From the NCBI GenBank assembly GCA_964642045.1, contig CAZXLZ010000001.1, positions 1-50,904 of the forward strand: a DNA stretch of 50,904 nt, written 5' to 3'. Position numbers and translations under genes: made by a program. Each line of letters opens with the position of its first letter. Within the stretch, counting starts at the first letter, position 1. Source of the DNA: an uncultured Clostridiaceae bacterium (GTDB taxonomy: Bacteria; Bacillota; Clostridia; TANB77; CAG-465). The notes under the pieces are model-generated. The model searched no databases, was not told where the DNA came from, and saw only the letters and a program-made list of their open reading frames with translations. Below are positions 17,989 through 27,779 of this stretch, piece by piece.

Positions 17989-18018
17989 TTGACATTTTAC
18001 ATAATATTATGTTATAAT
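17989..18018 (+). promoter_or_regulatory. Consensus promoter of cassette 2
   Basis: TTGACA (17989-17994), 18 nt, TGtTATAAT (-10 at 18013-18018). Confidence 0.7.
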
Positions 18019-18040
18019 ATATATGTATTACCATATAACT

Positions 18041-18087
18041 AATACGCATCAGTATGTGTATTTTTAGTTTAATGCTAATGCGTATAA
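18041..18087 (+). promoter_or_regulatory. Conserved leader element, copy 2
   Basis: It has the same 16-nt and 9-nt blocks as copy 1. The local hairpin ATACGCAT-CAGT-ATGTGTAT is fully paired with one G-U. Confidence 0.5.
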
Positions 18088-18118
18088 AAATAAAAACTAT
18101 GTATAAATGGAGGTACTT

Positions 18119-18727
18119 ATGAACAACAAAGCTTCATATCTTGGATGGATAGTGGCAGTTATACTTGCTGCTATATTGGCAATTATGGTGTATATGCAGT
18201 ATTTTGGTGGACACACTATTGTCTGCAACTGCATGCAAAACAATCAAGATCAACTTCAGCAAAATCCTGCTCCTGCCCCTACTCCTACCACGACCACTAC
18301 CACGATCAAAGAGCTGCCTGATAAGGCATATAAGGAGATGAAGCAAAGTAGCATCTCCTATGAATGGAAAAATTCAAAAACGCTCGAAATTCGTTTTGAG
18401 CAGTATAAGAATCTTTCCACTGCTGATGGAAAAGATGTGGTATTCTTTCCAAATGAAGCTGAATACCAAAAGTTTATCAAGGACGTGAAAGACAATCCCG
18501 AGCTGTACAAGGAGTCTGATCCTGGTTATTACAGCAATACTCGGATTGTAAACTTGCTTGATGGAAAATTTCCAGAAATAGCCAGCTGGCAAATCCCATC
18601 TGGCAGCAATGTTCTCCTTATCACATTTAAGGAAGAACCAAGCGAGATCTTTTCATTGAAAAGTGCAACAGGCTACTGGCAAGGTCTTCACATTTACCTT
18701 GAGGAGGAGACCCAAGTAACCGAATAA
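18119..18727 (+). CDS. Membrane-anchored extracytoplasmic protein with Pro/Thr linker
   Basis: The ATG at 18119 is 7 nt after GGAGG. An N-terminal TM is followed by a NPAPAPTPTTTTTT linker and a roughly 130-aa unknown domain. A hand count of line 18241-18300 gives 30 of 60 G+C, against 18 of 60 in line 18781-18840. Confidence 0.7.
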   Translation: MNNKASYLGWIVAVILAAILAIMVYMQYFGGHTIVCNCMQNNQDQLQQNPAPAPTPTTTTTTIKELPDKAYKEMKQSSISYEWKNSKTLEIRFEQYKNLSTADGKDVVFFPNEAEYQKFIKDVKDNPELYKESDPGYYSNTRIVNLLDGKFPEIASWQIPSGSNVLLITFKEEPSEIFSLKSATGYWQGLHIYLEEETQVTE

Positions 18728-18738
18728 GAAAAGAAAAA

Positions 18739-18774
18739 ATATAACATAGCTAACAAGCTATGTTATATTTTTTA
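18739..18774. terminator. Bidirectional terminator between cassette 2 and the convergent 146-aa gene
   Basis: ATATAACATAGC-TAACAA-GCTATGTTATAT followed by TTTTTT. Confidence 0.7.
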
Positions 18775-19212
18775 TGTTATAACAGTTCTATCTCCATCTT
18801 GCATTTTAACGTGCATTATCTTCTCTATTTTTATATATGGTACTCTAGTTCCTTTTTGATAATCAGTAAACTTGTATTTTATAATCCCAACTACTTTTAC
18901 CCAAGTCTCTTCTTTAAAACTATCATACTCACCATCAAGAAGTATACCTACCATAGTTTTACCATCTGAAAGTACATAATCTCTTACAATATAACAGTTA
19001 TCATATTCATCATAATGCAAATATCCTGTAATAGATATTCTTAAATTTTCATATTTATCAAAATCTGTTGCTATACTTTCTACTTTTTTGGCATAAAAAT
19101 TAGTTGTCACATATACATCTATTTTATTTTTTTCATTTATATATAATATAGCAGTAATTGCTACAATTGCTGTAACTATTATTATACTCAAAATTATAAC
19201 TATTTTCTTCAT
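18772..19212 (-). CDS. Membrane-anchored hypothetical protein (146 aa)
   Basis: N-terminal TM MKKIVIILSIIIVTAIVAITAILYI. No family recognised. Confidence 0.6.
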   Translation of the reverse strand: MKKIVIILSIIIVTAIVAITAILYINEKNKIDVYVTTNFYAKKVESIATDFDKYENLRISITGYLHYDEYDNCYIVRDYVLSDGKTMVGILLDGEYDSFKEETWVKVVGIIKYKFTDYQKGTRVPYIKIEKIMHVKMQDGDRTVIT

Positions 19213-19226
19213 AAAATCACAAAAAA

Positions 19227-19255
19227 ATTATATCTTAATATTTAACATATGTCAA
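19227..19255 (-). promoter_or_regulatory. Consensus promoter giving a near-leaderless mRNA for the 146-aa gene
   Basis: Minus strand reads TTGACA (19255-19250), 17 nt, TATAAT (19232-19227). Only 14 nt separate the -10 from ATG 19212, and no SD is present. Confidence 0.6.
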
Positions 19256-19614
19256 CATTAATATTTTTACAAAATATTTATTTTAAGTACTTGCATATTT
19301 TTTTTATTTATAATATACTGAATACGTGTAGAATTATCTACTAAGTATACTTTACCTTCTATTAGGCATGAATTATGCGAAAAATAAAGGAAAGTATATA
19401 CAGAATAAATAAATTAAAGCTCATATGATTATATAAAGCATTTGTAAGTAAATAACTTTGTATTCAGACATGGTTATTTTGAATTAAACTATATAACCTA
19501 CGATAATTTATTCTCCTCTTAATATAATAAATTATATCAAACCTTTCTCCTTTTTTCGGTTTTTAGGTTATAAGTTTTAAAATAGCAAGCTTATAAAAAG
19601 CTTGCTATTTTTTG

Positions 19615-20745
19615 TTAAATATTGATCTTAAGTCCTCTTAAATCTTTTGCCAAAGAATGATTTTTAAATGCTTCATCCCCCGTTACCTCTTTAATTATTT
19701 TTAAATCAGGTAAATTTATCTTTTCATTCATATCATTTACCTCAATTTCCAGTACGGCATATTCATCAGAGAAAGGATATATATCAAGTTCAAAATACCT
19801 GTCTTGGAATACAAAACAATATCTTGTCTTGCTAATTTGGTGAAGTGATGTATCAGCCTCTACAAGATAGTTTATGTACTCCTCTTTAGATATATCTCTA
19901 TTTCTTTCAATCCTTACACCTTTAGAAATATCAGATTTTTCTGTGTAAGTAAAGCTATATCCAAGAGACTTACTACCTCTTTGCCTAACTCTTCTTTCAG
20001 ATGTGCCACATGATTTTAAATAAGTCTGAATAATTTCTGACCTACTTACATATCCGAGTGTAGCAATCTCCTCTTCAGTAGGCCTTTTTATAAGGAATTT
20101 TCTTTCAATTTCAAGGGGTGCAGGCTCTCCTAAAAGTGAAAATACTTCTTTTACAACTCTGTTTATTTTCTCTTTAAAATCCACAGAGTTATCAAATATC
20201 CTAAGATGAGGATGACCTACCTAGGCATTTCTTGTTTTAATATCAAGCTCTCTTGCTTTCTCAGGTGACTCACTTCTTGCTGCATTATTTCCACAATCTT
20301 CTTTTGATGGATCATTCCACTGATAAAACTCCTCTGCCCCATTTGCAGCGGTAACCAGATGCAATACTGCATCGTACCTTTTATATATATCTGATAAAGT
20401 ATAATCATGCTCTCTTAGTAATCTCTTAAAAGTATACATACCAACATATGCGGCAGCATCTGCTATTCCCCTATCGTAAAATATTATTGTTTTAGCCGGA
20501 TCATAAAATGAGGCGGCTTTCTCATACATCTTTTCATTGTTTAACTGAAGTTCAAGCACGAACCTTTGAAATTCAAGCATGCTAATATTTTCTGATGGCA
20601 CTATTCCGTTCAGTATAAGCTGAGTTGCTGCCTCAGGGACAAAAAACACTTTCATATTAAGGCGAGTTTCCAAAGCTTCTATAAGCTGTATCTTACTTTT
20701 ACTTTTCCCTCCACAAGGACCACCAACAATAGGAATTCTGAGCAT
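19615..20745 (-). pseudogene. AAA (AAA_28-like) ATPase fused to a CYTH domain, interrupted by an in-frame TAG
   Basis: The P-loop part (GGPCGGKSK) ends ...TRNA-TAG (20223-20221). The same frame continues VGHPHLRIFDNSVDFKEKI...EIERKFLIK (the CYTH ExExK motif). Confidence 0.7.
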
Positions 20746-20968
20746 TTAAATTTCCTCCTTTAAAATTTTAAAAATAATGTTTAATAAATTAGATTTAACT
20801 CCTTTCTAAATATTAATTAGAAAACTAAATTGTGCTACATAAAACATTATATCATTTTAACAGACATAATGCAATAAAAAATGTAACATGCAAATATTTT
20901 TACACATTACATTTTTTTATTATCTTTTCTTTTTAGATGTAGCTACTTTCTTTGCTTTTACGCTTCTT

Positions 20969-22985
20969 TTAGTAGCTGTTTTCTCCTTTGTTTTTTTTTG
21001 TTTTATCTTCTTCTAAAACTTCACCTTTTGTAGGTTTAGTCCAAGAAATATAATCACATTTTGAGTCTTCACTATTTGTATTGTTTTCGCAAACAAAAAA
21101 CTTTCTTCTAGTCTTAGTTTTCTTAATAATTACTTTTCCTCCACATTTAGGACAAGGAACATCTACCTCTTCAACAATACTCTTTATATTCCTACACTCT
21201 GGAAAGCCAGGACAAGCTAAAAACTTACCATATCTTCCCATTTTTACAACCATATTTTTTCCACAGAATTCACATATTACATCTGATACTTCTTCGGTAA
21301 GTTTTACTTTTTCAATCTTATCTTGAACCTTTTCTAGATTTTTTATAAACGGCTGATAAAACTCTCTAACAGTATCAACATATGTACTATCACCAGTAGA
21401 AATTTTATCTAAATTTTCTTCCATAGAAGCAGTAAACTGCTCATTTACAATATCCTCAAAGTTTTCTTCCATAATTTTATTTACAACTTCACCAAGCTCA
21501 GTTGGTTTTAAGTTTCTATTATCTTTTTCTACATATAGTCTATCTAAAATTGTAGATATTGTAGGAGCATATGTACTAGGTCTACCAATTCCTTTTTCTT
21601 CTAAAGCTTTAACTAGAGATGCTTCTGTATATCTAGCAGGTGGCTCTGTAAATTTTTGGCTATAGTCTAGCTTCTTACACTTTAACTTTTCACCTATCTC
21701 AAACTCTGGAAGAAACATTTCTTCATCTTCACTAGATGCTATATCTTTTCCTTCTATATAAAGTTTCATAAATCCATCAAACTTAACTATGCTTCCATTT
21801 ATATTAAAAATATATCCGCCGAGCATCAAGCGTAATTTTTGTTGTATCATATACTGCTTCTTTCATTTGACTTGCTAAAAATCTATTTAGTATAAGAGTA
21901 AGAAGTTTTTTTTCATCAACATCTAAAGAATTTAAAGTTTTATCTATATTTTTAAGATTTGTAGGTCTTATAGCCTCATGTGCATCTTGTGCATTCTTAC
22001 TTGTTTTATACTGCCTATTTTGATAGTATTTATCAGAATAATTTGAAATTATATATTTTTTAGCCATTTCTATAGCTTCATCTGATATTCTAACAGAGTC
22101 TGTTCTCATATATGTGATATGACCTGCTTCATAAAGTCTTTGAGCCACTTGCATAGTTCTTCTAACAGTAAAACCTAGCTTTCTTGCGGCCTCTTGCTGA
22201 AGTGAAGAGGTAGTAAAAGGTGCAGCAGGATTTCTTCTTTTTTCTTGATTCTTTATATCTATCACTTCAAAATCTTTATTTTTAAGATTTTCTACTATAT
22301 TTAAAGTATCATTTTCATTTGAAAGCTCTATCTTGCCATTTTTATCCCCATAAAATTTAGCTATTATATCTCTTTTATCTTTATCTAACAAAGCTGATAA
22401 ATTCCAATATTCTTCAGGTTTAAAATTTCTAATCTCTCTTTCTCTATCCATTATTATTTTAAGAGCTACAGACTGAACTCTACCAGCACTTAAACCTTTT
22501 TTTACTTTCTTCCACAAAAGTGGACTTATTTTATATCCAACTATTCTATCTAAAACTCTTCTTGCTTGCTGTGCATTTACTAAATCAAAATCTACTTTTT
22601 TAGATTTTCCAATGGCTTTATTTATCGCACTTTCAGTTATTTCATGAAATTCAATTCTACACTTTTCATTATCTTTTATATCAAGCACATTCTTTAAGTG
22701 CCAAGCAATTGCCTCCCCTTCACGATCAGGGTCGGTTGCAAGATATATTTTAGATTTATTTTTAGCTAGTTTCTTTATTTCATTTATTATTTTTGCTTTA
22801 CCCTTCATAGTAATGTATTCTGGTTTAAAGTTATTATCAACATCAATTGCAAATTTACTTGCAGGAAGATCTATTATATGACCTTGAGATGCTATTACAT
22901 CATACTCATCTCCTAAGTATTTTTTTATTGTTTTTGCTTTAGATGGTGACTCGACAATTATTAATTTATCTGACACTGTTTTCAA
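20969..22985 (-). CDS. topA: DNA topoisomerase I, interrupted by a one-base frameshift at CGG-CGG (complement of 21816-21821)
   Basis: N-terminal Toprim region [18 protein letters not shown]; active-site region HITYMRTDS; C-terminal Zn-ribbon repeats CxxC. The halves join as ...KITLDA / [10 protein letters not shown]. Confidence 0.9.
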
Positions 22986-24216
22986 CCCTTTCAGTTATTC
23001 TACTTACTATATTTATAGCTTTTTCTTTATTTTTTTCATAATTTTCTTCATCTACATTTTTAGAAAGTGCTAAATTAATTGCATCTGCTAAGTCTAACAT
23101 ATCTTCTTCATTTAGCCCTTTAGATGTACATGCTGCTGTTCCTATTCTTATTCCACTTGTTATAGATGGCTTTTCTGTATCAAAAGGTATAGCATTCTTA
23201 TTAACCGTGATGTTTACTTCTTCAAGAAGTTTTTCTGCTTCTTTTCCTGTCACCTTTTTACTTCTTAAATCTATTAAAATAAGGTGATTATCAGTTCCAC
23301 CTGATACTAAGTCAAATCCTCTTTCTATAAGAGCGGTAGCTAAAGTTTTGCAATTTTTAACAAGCTTATCTGCGTATTTCTTAAACTCATCACTCATAGC
23401 CTCTTTAAAACATACTGCTTTTCCAGCGATTACATGTTCAAGTGGTCCACCTTGCACCCCTGGAAATATATTTTTATCTATCTTTTTTGCAAGTTCCTCG
23501 CTATTACAAAGTATAAGTCCACCTCTTGGTCCTCTTAATGTCTTATGAGTTGTTGTTGTAACGAAATCTGCATAAGGTACAGGTGACATATGGTTATCTG
23601 TACAAACAAGTCCTGCAATGTGTGCCATATCTACCATAAGATATGCATGAGCAACATCCGCTATTTCTCTAAACTTTTTAAAGTCAATAGCTCTTGGATA
23701 ACTACTTGCACCTGCAACAATCATTTTAGGTTTAACTTCTTTAGCGAGTTTTAATATTTCATCATAGTCTAAAATTCCATCCTTATTTACAGAATAAGGA
23801 ACAAAATTATATGTTTTTCCAGAAAAGCTAACTTTAGCACCATGAGTTAAATGTCCGCCACTAGATAAATCCATTCCAAGCACAGTATCACCTGGCGTAA
23901 GAACTGACATATATACTGCCATATTAGCCTGACTACCAGAATGAGGCTGAACATTTGCATATTTAGCACCAAAAAGTTTTTTTGCTCTTTCAATTGCTAA
24001 AGTTTCTATTTCATCTATATTCTCACATCCGCCATAATATCTTTTAGATGGATATCCTTCAGCATACTTATTTGTAAGTTTGCTACCTACAGCCTCTAAA
24101 ACTGCTTTAGATACAAAGTTTTCTGAAGCTATAAGTTCAATGTTGTTTTTTTGCCTTGCTTCTTCCTTTTTTATTAGGTCATATATTTCCTTATCTACTA
24201 TTTCTAAATCTGACAC
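22966..24216 (-). CDS. glyA: Serine hydroxymethyltransferase
   Basis: [21 protein letters not shown] and [14 protein letters not shown]. The GTG at 24216 is 10 nt after AAGGAG and avoids overlap with the upstream gene. The ORF extends to 24240. Confidence 0.9.
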   Translation of the reverse strand: MSDLEIVDKEIYDLIKKEEARQKNNIELIASENFVSKAVLEAVGSKLTNKYAEGYPSKRYYGGCENIDEIETLAIERAKKLFGAKYANVQPHSGSQANMAVYMSVLTPGDTVLGMDLSSGGHLTHGAKVSFSGKTYNFVPYSVNKDGILDYDEILKLAKEVKPKMIVAGASSYPRAIDFKKFREIADVAHAYLMVDMAHIAGLVCTDNHMSPVPYADFVTTTTHKTLRGPRGGLILCNSEELAKKIDKNIFPGVQGGPLEHVIAGKAVCFKEAMSDEFKKYADKLVKNCKTLATALIERGFDLVSGGTDNHLILIDLRSKKVTGKEAEKLLEEVNITVNKNAIPFDTEKPSITSGIRIGTAACTSKGLNEEDMLDLADAINLALSKNVDEENYEKNKEKAINIVSRITERVENSVR

Positions 24217-24223
24217 TATAGCA

Positions 24224-24787
24224 TCACTCCTTATTTTCATCTTTCACCTTTAATAATATGCTTCTTAAGCATTCATATTCATCATGAATTTTTGGATTTA
24301 TATAACTATTAAAAGATATTTTATCATCATCTTCTAAAAACTGTCTAATTTTAGTTGCAGATACTTCAAGCTGATTTCTACTAACAAATATTTCTGATAT
24401 ATTTTTTACAGTATCTTTACTAAAACATTTAAATATATTTTTATCTTTACCATATATTATACACTCTAAATTATCTTTTAATATATTTTCTGCCTCTTTT
24501 ATTACATACTCTCCCCATTTAAAAGTAAGGTCATTTTCATTTGTTAAATCTTTTAGAGGTTTTACTATTAGCCTTCCTTCTTTTATTTTATCACTATATA
24601 TTTTTTCTATTAATTTTATTCTATATTCAGCAGAATATGGATTTCTTTCTGTTTTTTCCTTGTCAGAGCTACTAACAAAAACAATAAGTCTATCTGCTGA
24701 AGAAAGTCCAAGATTAATTAATTTCTCATGTCCAATATGTATAGGTTGAAACCTACCAACAATCACTGCGTTTTTAAATGTATTCAA
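24224..24787 (-). CDS. NadM/NadR-type nicotinamide-nucleotide adenylyltransferase-like protein
   Basis: [17 protein letters not shown], the (H/T)xGH cytidylyltransferase motif in the GRFQP context. Confidence 0.7.
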   Translation of the reverse strand: MNTFKNAVIVGRFQPIHIGHEKLINLGLSSADRLIVFVSSSDKEKTERNPYSAEYRIKLIEKIYSDKIKEGRLIVKPLKDLTNENDLTFKWGEYVIKEAENILKDNLECIIYGKDKNIFKCFSKDTVKNISEIFVSRNQLEVSATKIRQFLEDDDKISFNSYINPKIHDEYECLRSILLKVKDENKE

Positions 24788-24868
24788 ATTCTTTCACTTT
24801 CCTTTTTATAATACGTTAGTATAATACAACATATTTATTAAAAATGCAAGAGTAGTAATATATAAATA

Positions 24869-24898
24869 AACCTAGCTATGGCATTTTGAAGCTAGGTT
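24869..24898 (-). terminator. Hairpin downstream of the GH18 gene
   Basis: AACCTAGCT (24869-24877) pairs with AGCTAGGTT (24890-24898). Confidence 0.55.
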
Positions 24899-24951
24899 CA
24901 TTTATTATATATTTTGTAACTTACATTTTAGTTTATTTTTTTAACTTTATT

Positions 24952-26601
24952 TTAATTAAATTGTAAATACTGAATATTACTTACAATTGCTGGCCAAATA
25001 TCATCAGTTTCAAATCCTTTTCTCCATGCAGATATACCAGCTAAATTATACTTATTTACAATATCAACCCTATTTTTCATGGAAGTTGCATCTTCTACCC
25101 ACATTTTATATGTAACATTACCTCTTGTATATTCAAAATAATTTTGACCAGTTTTTTCATCATATGTTAAATCAATAGCATTTCTATTTATATAATTTGC
25201 AGCTTGAGAAATTGTATATATAACTGTTGTAGGTTTGCTTTCACCTTGCTTTTCAGTCCAAAGTCTTGTATAGAATGGAACACCTAATATTATTTTATTA
25301 TGTGGTATATTCGAGTCATTCATAAGTGATAATATATTATTTTCAACCCATTCAAGTGATGATACACTTCCACTAACTTCAGACCATGCACCATTTTGAT
25401 CATATCCCATTAATACTACATAATCAGCTGCCTCACCTATTTTTGTTCTATCTAAGTATGTAGTAAAGTATGTATCTACTGAAAGTACTTTTCCTCTTTC
25501 ACGCATAAGTGGGGCAAGTTCCCTTATAAACTGAGTAAATAAATCTCTATCATCTGTTTTCATTGCTTCAAAGTCTATATTTATTCCATCCAAATTATCT
25601 CTATCTACTATATTTAAAATATTTCTTATTAAATTTTCTCTTGCGACTTCACTATTCATAACTACTGAAGTTGCTTTAGAAGAATAATTTGCATTATCTA
25701 TACCATTATTTACTACTCCCCATACCTGATATCCGTAGCTATGAGCTCTATCTATATATCCGATAGTAAGCACGCCACTTACATTTCCTTGTTCATTGGA
25801 AAGCTCATAAGCAGTAGGAGCTGCTACATTTACTCCATCTATTCTATCGCCAAGACCGTTAAGAGTGCTTCCATATTGCCAAAACATAACATATTTTTCG
25901 CTGTTTTCATTTGGTTTATTTTCATCTATATTTGGAACATTATTTGCTACATCAACATTTTGTTTAAAAATATACCCAACATTTCCTGACATAGTCTTTA
26001 GTTTTATCCATCTATTATGTTTTAGAGCCTCTTCATAAACTATTACATCATCATTTAGGTTAAGTGTTTCCATCACTTTAGAAGATGTATTTATATCCTC
26101 ATACACATTTACTTTATTATATTTTATTTTTGAAGTATTCTCTTCTTTTTTGCTTATAGTTACAATCTTATTTTCTTCATTATATGAAAGTGTTATATCG
26201 TAAAACTCTACTATGTCTGAAAGTGGTAAAAATACCACATTTCCTATTTTTTTTGCTTCATGCTTTAATTCTTTATCTTTCAAATTAACATTTATTATAT
26301 TAGAGTTTAATTTTATTTTAGCTACTGAATCTTTATTAGTAATAATAATCTTTTCTGCTATTTCATCGTAAAATAAATTTTTATCTACAGTTTTATAAAA
26401 TGTACTAAATGCAACATATATACATCCATCCTCAAGAAATGGTCTATGTGCATCATCTAAATCAGTATTTTCTCCAAATATTACAAGTGTATCTACTTCT
26501 TTTTTATCTTCTTTATTTATTAACATGACATACGCCATAATTCCTATCAAAATAGCAGAAAATATTATGACATATACATATCTTAGTATTTCTTTTAACA
26601 T
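24952..26601 (-). CDS. Glycoside hydrolase family 18 protein with N-terminal anchor and SH3-like domain (YaaH/YdhD-like)
   Basis: LDGINIDFEAM matches the GH18 DxxDxDxE motif. There is an N-terminal TM and a central SH3b-like stretch (NRWIKLKTMSGNVGYI). Confidence 0.75.
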   Translation of the reverse strand: MLKEILRYVYVIIFSAILIGIMAYVMLINKEDKKEVDTLVIFGENTDLDDAHRPFLEDGCIYVAFSTFYKTVDKNLFYDEIAEKIIITNKDSVAKIKLNSNIINVNLKDKELKHEAKKIGNVVFLPLSDIVEFYDITLSYNEENKIVTISKKEENTSKIKYNKVNVYEDINTSSKVMETLNLNDDVIVYEEALKHNRWIKLKTMSGNVGYIFKQNVDVANNVPNIDENKPNENSEKYVMFWQYGSTLNGLGDRIDGVNVAAPTAYELSNEQGNVSGVLTIGYIDRAHSYGYQVWGVVNNGIDNANYSSKATSVVMNSEVARENLIRNILNIVDRDNLDGINIDFEAMKTDDRDLFTQFIRELAPLMRERGKVLSVDTYFTTYLDRTKIGEAADYVVLMGYDQNGAWSEVSGSVSSLEWVENNILSLMNDSNIPHNKIILGVPFYTRLWTEKQGESKPTTVIYTISQAANYINRNAIDLTYDEKTGQNYFEYTRGNVTYKMWVEDATSMKNRVDIVNKYNLAGISAWRKGFETDDIWPAIVSNIQYLQFN

Positions 26602-26746
26602 ATATCCTCCAATAATTATAATAAATTACATTTTTTTTAATTTTTCTTAATTTACAAGAAAATTATATAACAAAGGTATATAAAAAGCAAGTATAAAAAA
26701 TAAAATGCCTGCAATTTTGCTATATGCTACTCTTGCAGACATTTTA

Positions 26747-26815
26747 TTAAATTTTAAATATTGATTTAAAAACAAATCTCATAAATCTTCCTGGCTTATA
26801 TACAACTATTTTCAT
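26747..26815 (-). CDS. Possible 22-aa cationic peptide
   Basis: GGGGAG lies 9 nt before the ATG. The peptide is MKIVVYKPGRFMRFVFKSIFKI. A hairpin and U-run follow at 26703-26745. Very short, so weakly supported. Confidence 0.2.
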   Translation of the reverse strand: MKIVVYKPGRFMRFVFKSIFKI

Positions 26816-26842
26816 ATATGTATTCTCCCCTTTTCAATTTGC

Positions 26843-26995
26843 TTAGCACAAGAACCAAGATATACCAAGTATAATCATTGCCGCAGCAACTAGCATAATC
26901 CATCCCCAAAAAGGAAGAATAAGTGATAAAATTATCCCTACACCTACTGCTAAAATTACGAGTCCAATTGTCTTTCTAAAAACCCCAAAAAACAC
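26843..26995 (-). CDS. Small two-TM membrane protein (50 aa)
   Basis: GTG start 9 nt after AGGAGA. The protein is VFFGVFRKTIGLVILAVGVGIILSLILPFWGWIMLVAAAMIILGISWFLC. It falls below the ORF-track size cutoff. Confidence 0.4.
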   Translation of the reverse strand: MFFGVFRKTIGLVILAVGVGIILSLILPFWGWIMLVAAAMIILGISWFLC

Positions 26996-27086
26996 TTTAT
27001 ATATCTCCTTTCTTGACTTAATACTAAAATATATTTATAATATATTTAGTATATAATATGTAATATTTTAGTTTAAGGTGAATATA

Positions 27087-27749
27087 ATGAGTAAAAATTT
27101 AGAATCAAAAGAAAATATAGATAAAATAATATCAATTTTAGAAAATGAATATATGCATGCAAAATGTGGTCTTAATTATACATCTCCACTAGAGCTTACT
27201 TTAGCATTAATCCTTGCAGCTCAGTGTACAGATAATATGGTAAATAAAATTATACCTATTCTTTTTAATAAATATGATACTTTAGAGAAACTTGCAGATG
27301 CTAAATTAGAAGATATAGAAAAAATTATAAAACCTTGTGGATTTTATAAAAACAAAGCAAAAAACATATCACTTACGTGCAAAAAGATATTAAGTGATTT
27401 TAATAAAAAGATTCCAGATACAATGGAAGAGCTTACATCCCTTTATGGCATCGGTAGAAAAAGTGCAAATATTATCTTGCAAGAGTGCTATAATAAAGTG
27501 GAAGGAATTGCAGTAGATACTCATGTATCGAGAATTACATATAGGATGGGATTTACTAAGTCTAATATTCCTTTAAAACAAGAGCAAGAACTAATAAAAA
27601 AGATAGATAGAAAATACTTTAATAAAATAAACCATATACTTGTAAATCACGGAAGAGCTATTTGCACAGCCAAAAAGCCATTATGTGGTAACTGCCCTAT
27701 AACTGAATATTGTTTAAAAATAGGAATAACTAGAAAAAAACATAAGTAG
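27087..27749 (+). CDS. nth: Endonuclease III
   Basis: HhH-GPD region LYGIGRKSANI, catalytic DTHV, and the 4Fe-4S cluster CxxxxxxCxxCxxxxxC at the C-terminus. The ATG at 27087 follows AAGGTGA. Confidence 0.9.
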   Translation: MSKNLESKENIDKIISILENEYMHAKCGLNYTSPLELTLALILAAQCTDNMVNKIIPILFNKYDTLEKLADAKLEDIEKIIKPCGFYKNKAKNISLTCKKILSDFNKKIPDTMEELTSLYGIGRKSANIILQECYNKVEGIAVDTHVSRITYRMGFTKSNIPLKQEQELIKKIDRKYFNKINHILVNHGRAICTAKKPLCGNCPITEYCLKIGITRKKHK

Positions 27750-27779
27750 AATTTTAACTCTACTTATGTTTTAGTTTGT

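Noticed and set aside
19256-19614. Candidate ~290-nt plus-strand sRNA (TTGCAT-17-TATACT at 19291-19319 to the hairpin at 19582-19614)
   Set aside because: The promoter match is imperfect. The hairpin is adequately explained as the terminator of the convergent CYTH gene. I could see no conserved structure or repeat. It is left as an unexplained 400-nt intergenic region only.
20217-20408. 63-aa minus-strand ORF overlapping the AAA ATPase gene in another frame
   Set aside because: It lies entirely within the P-loop ATPase reading frame, which has recognisable motifs.
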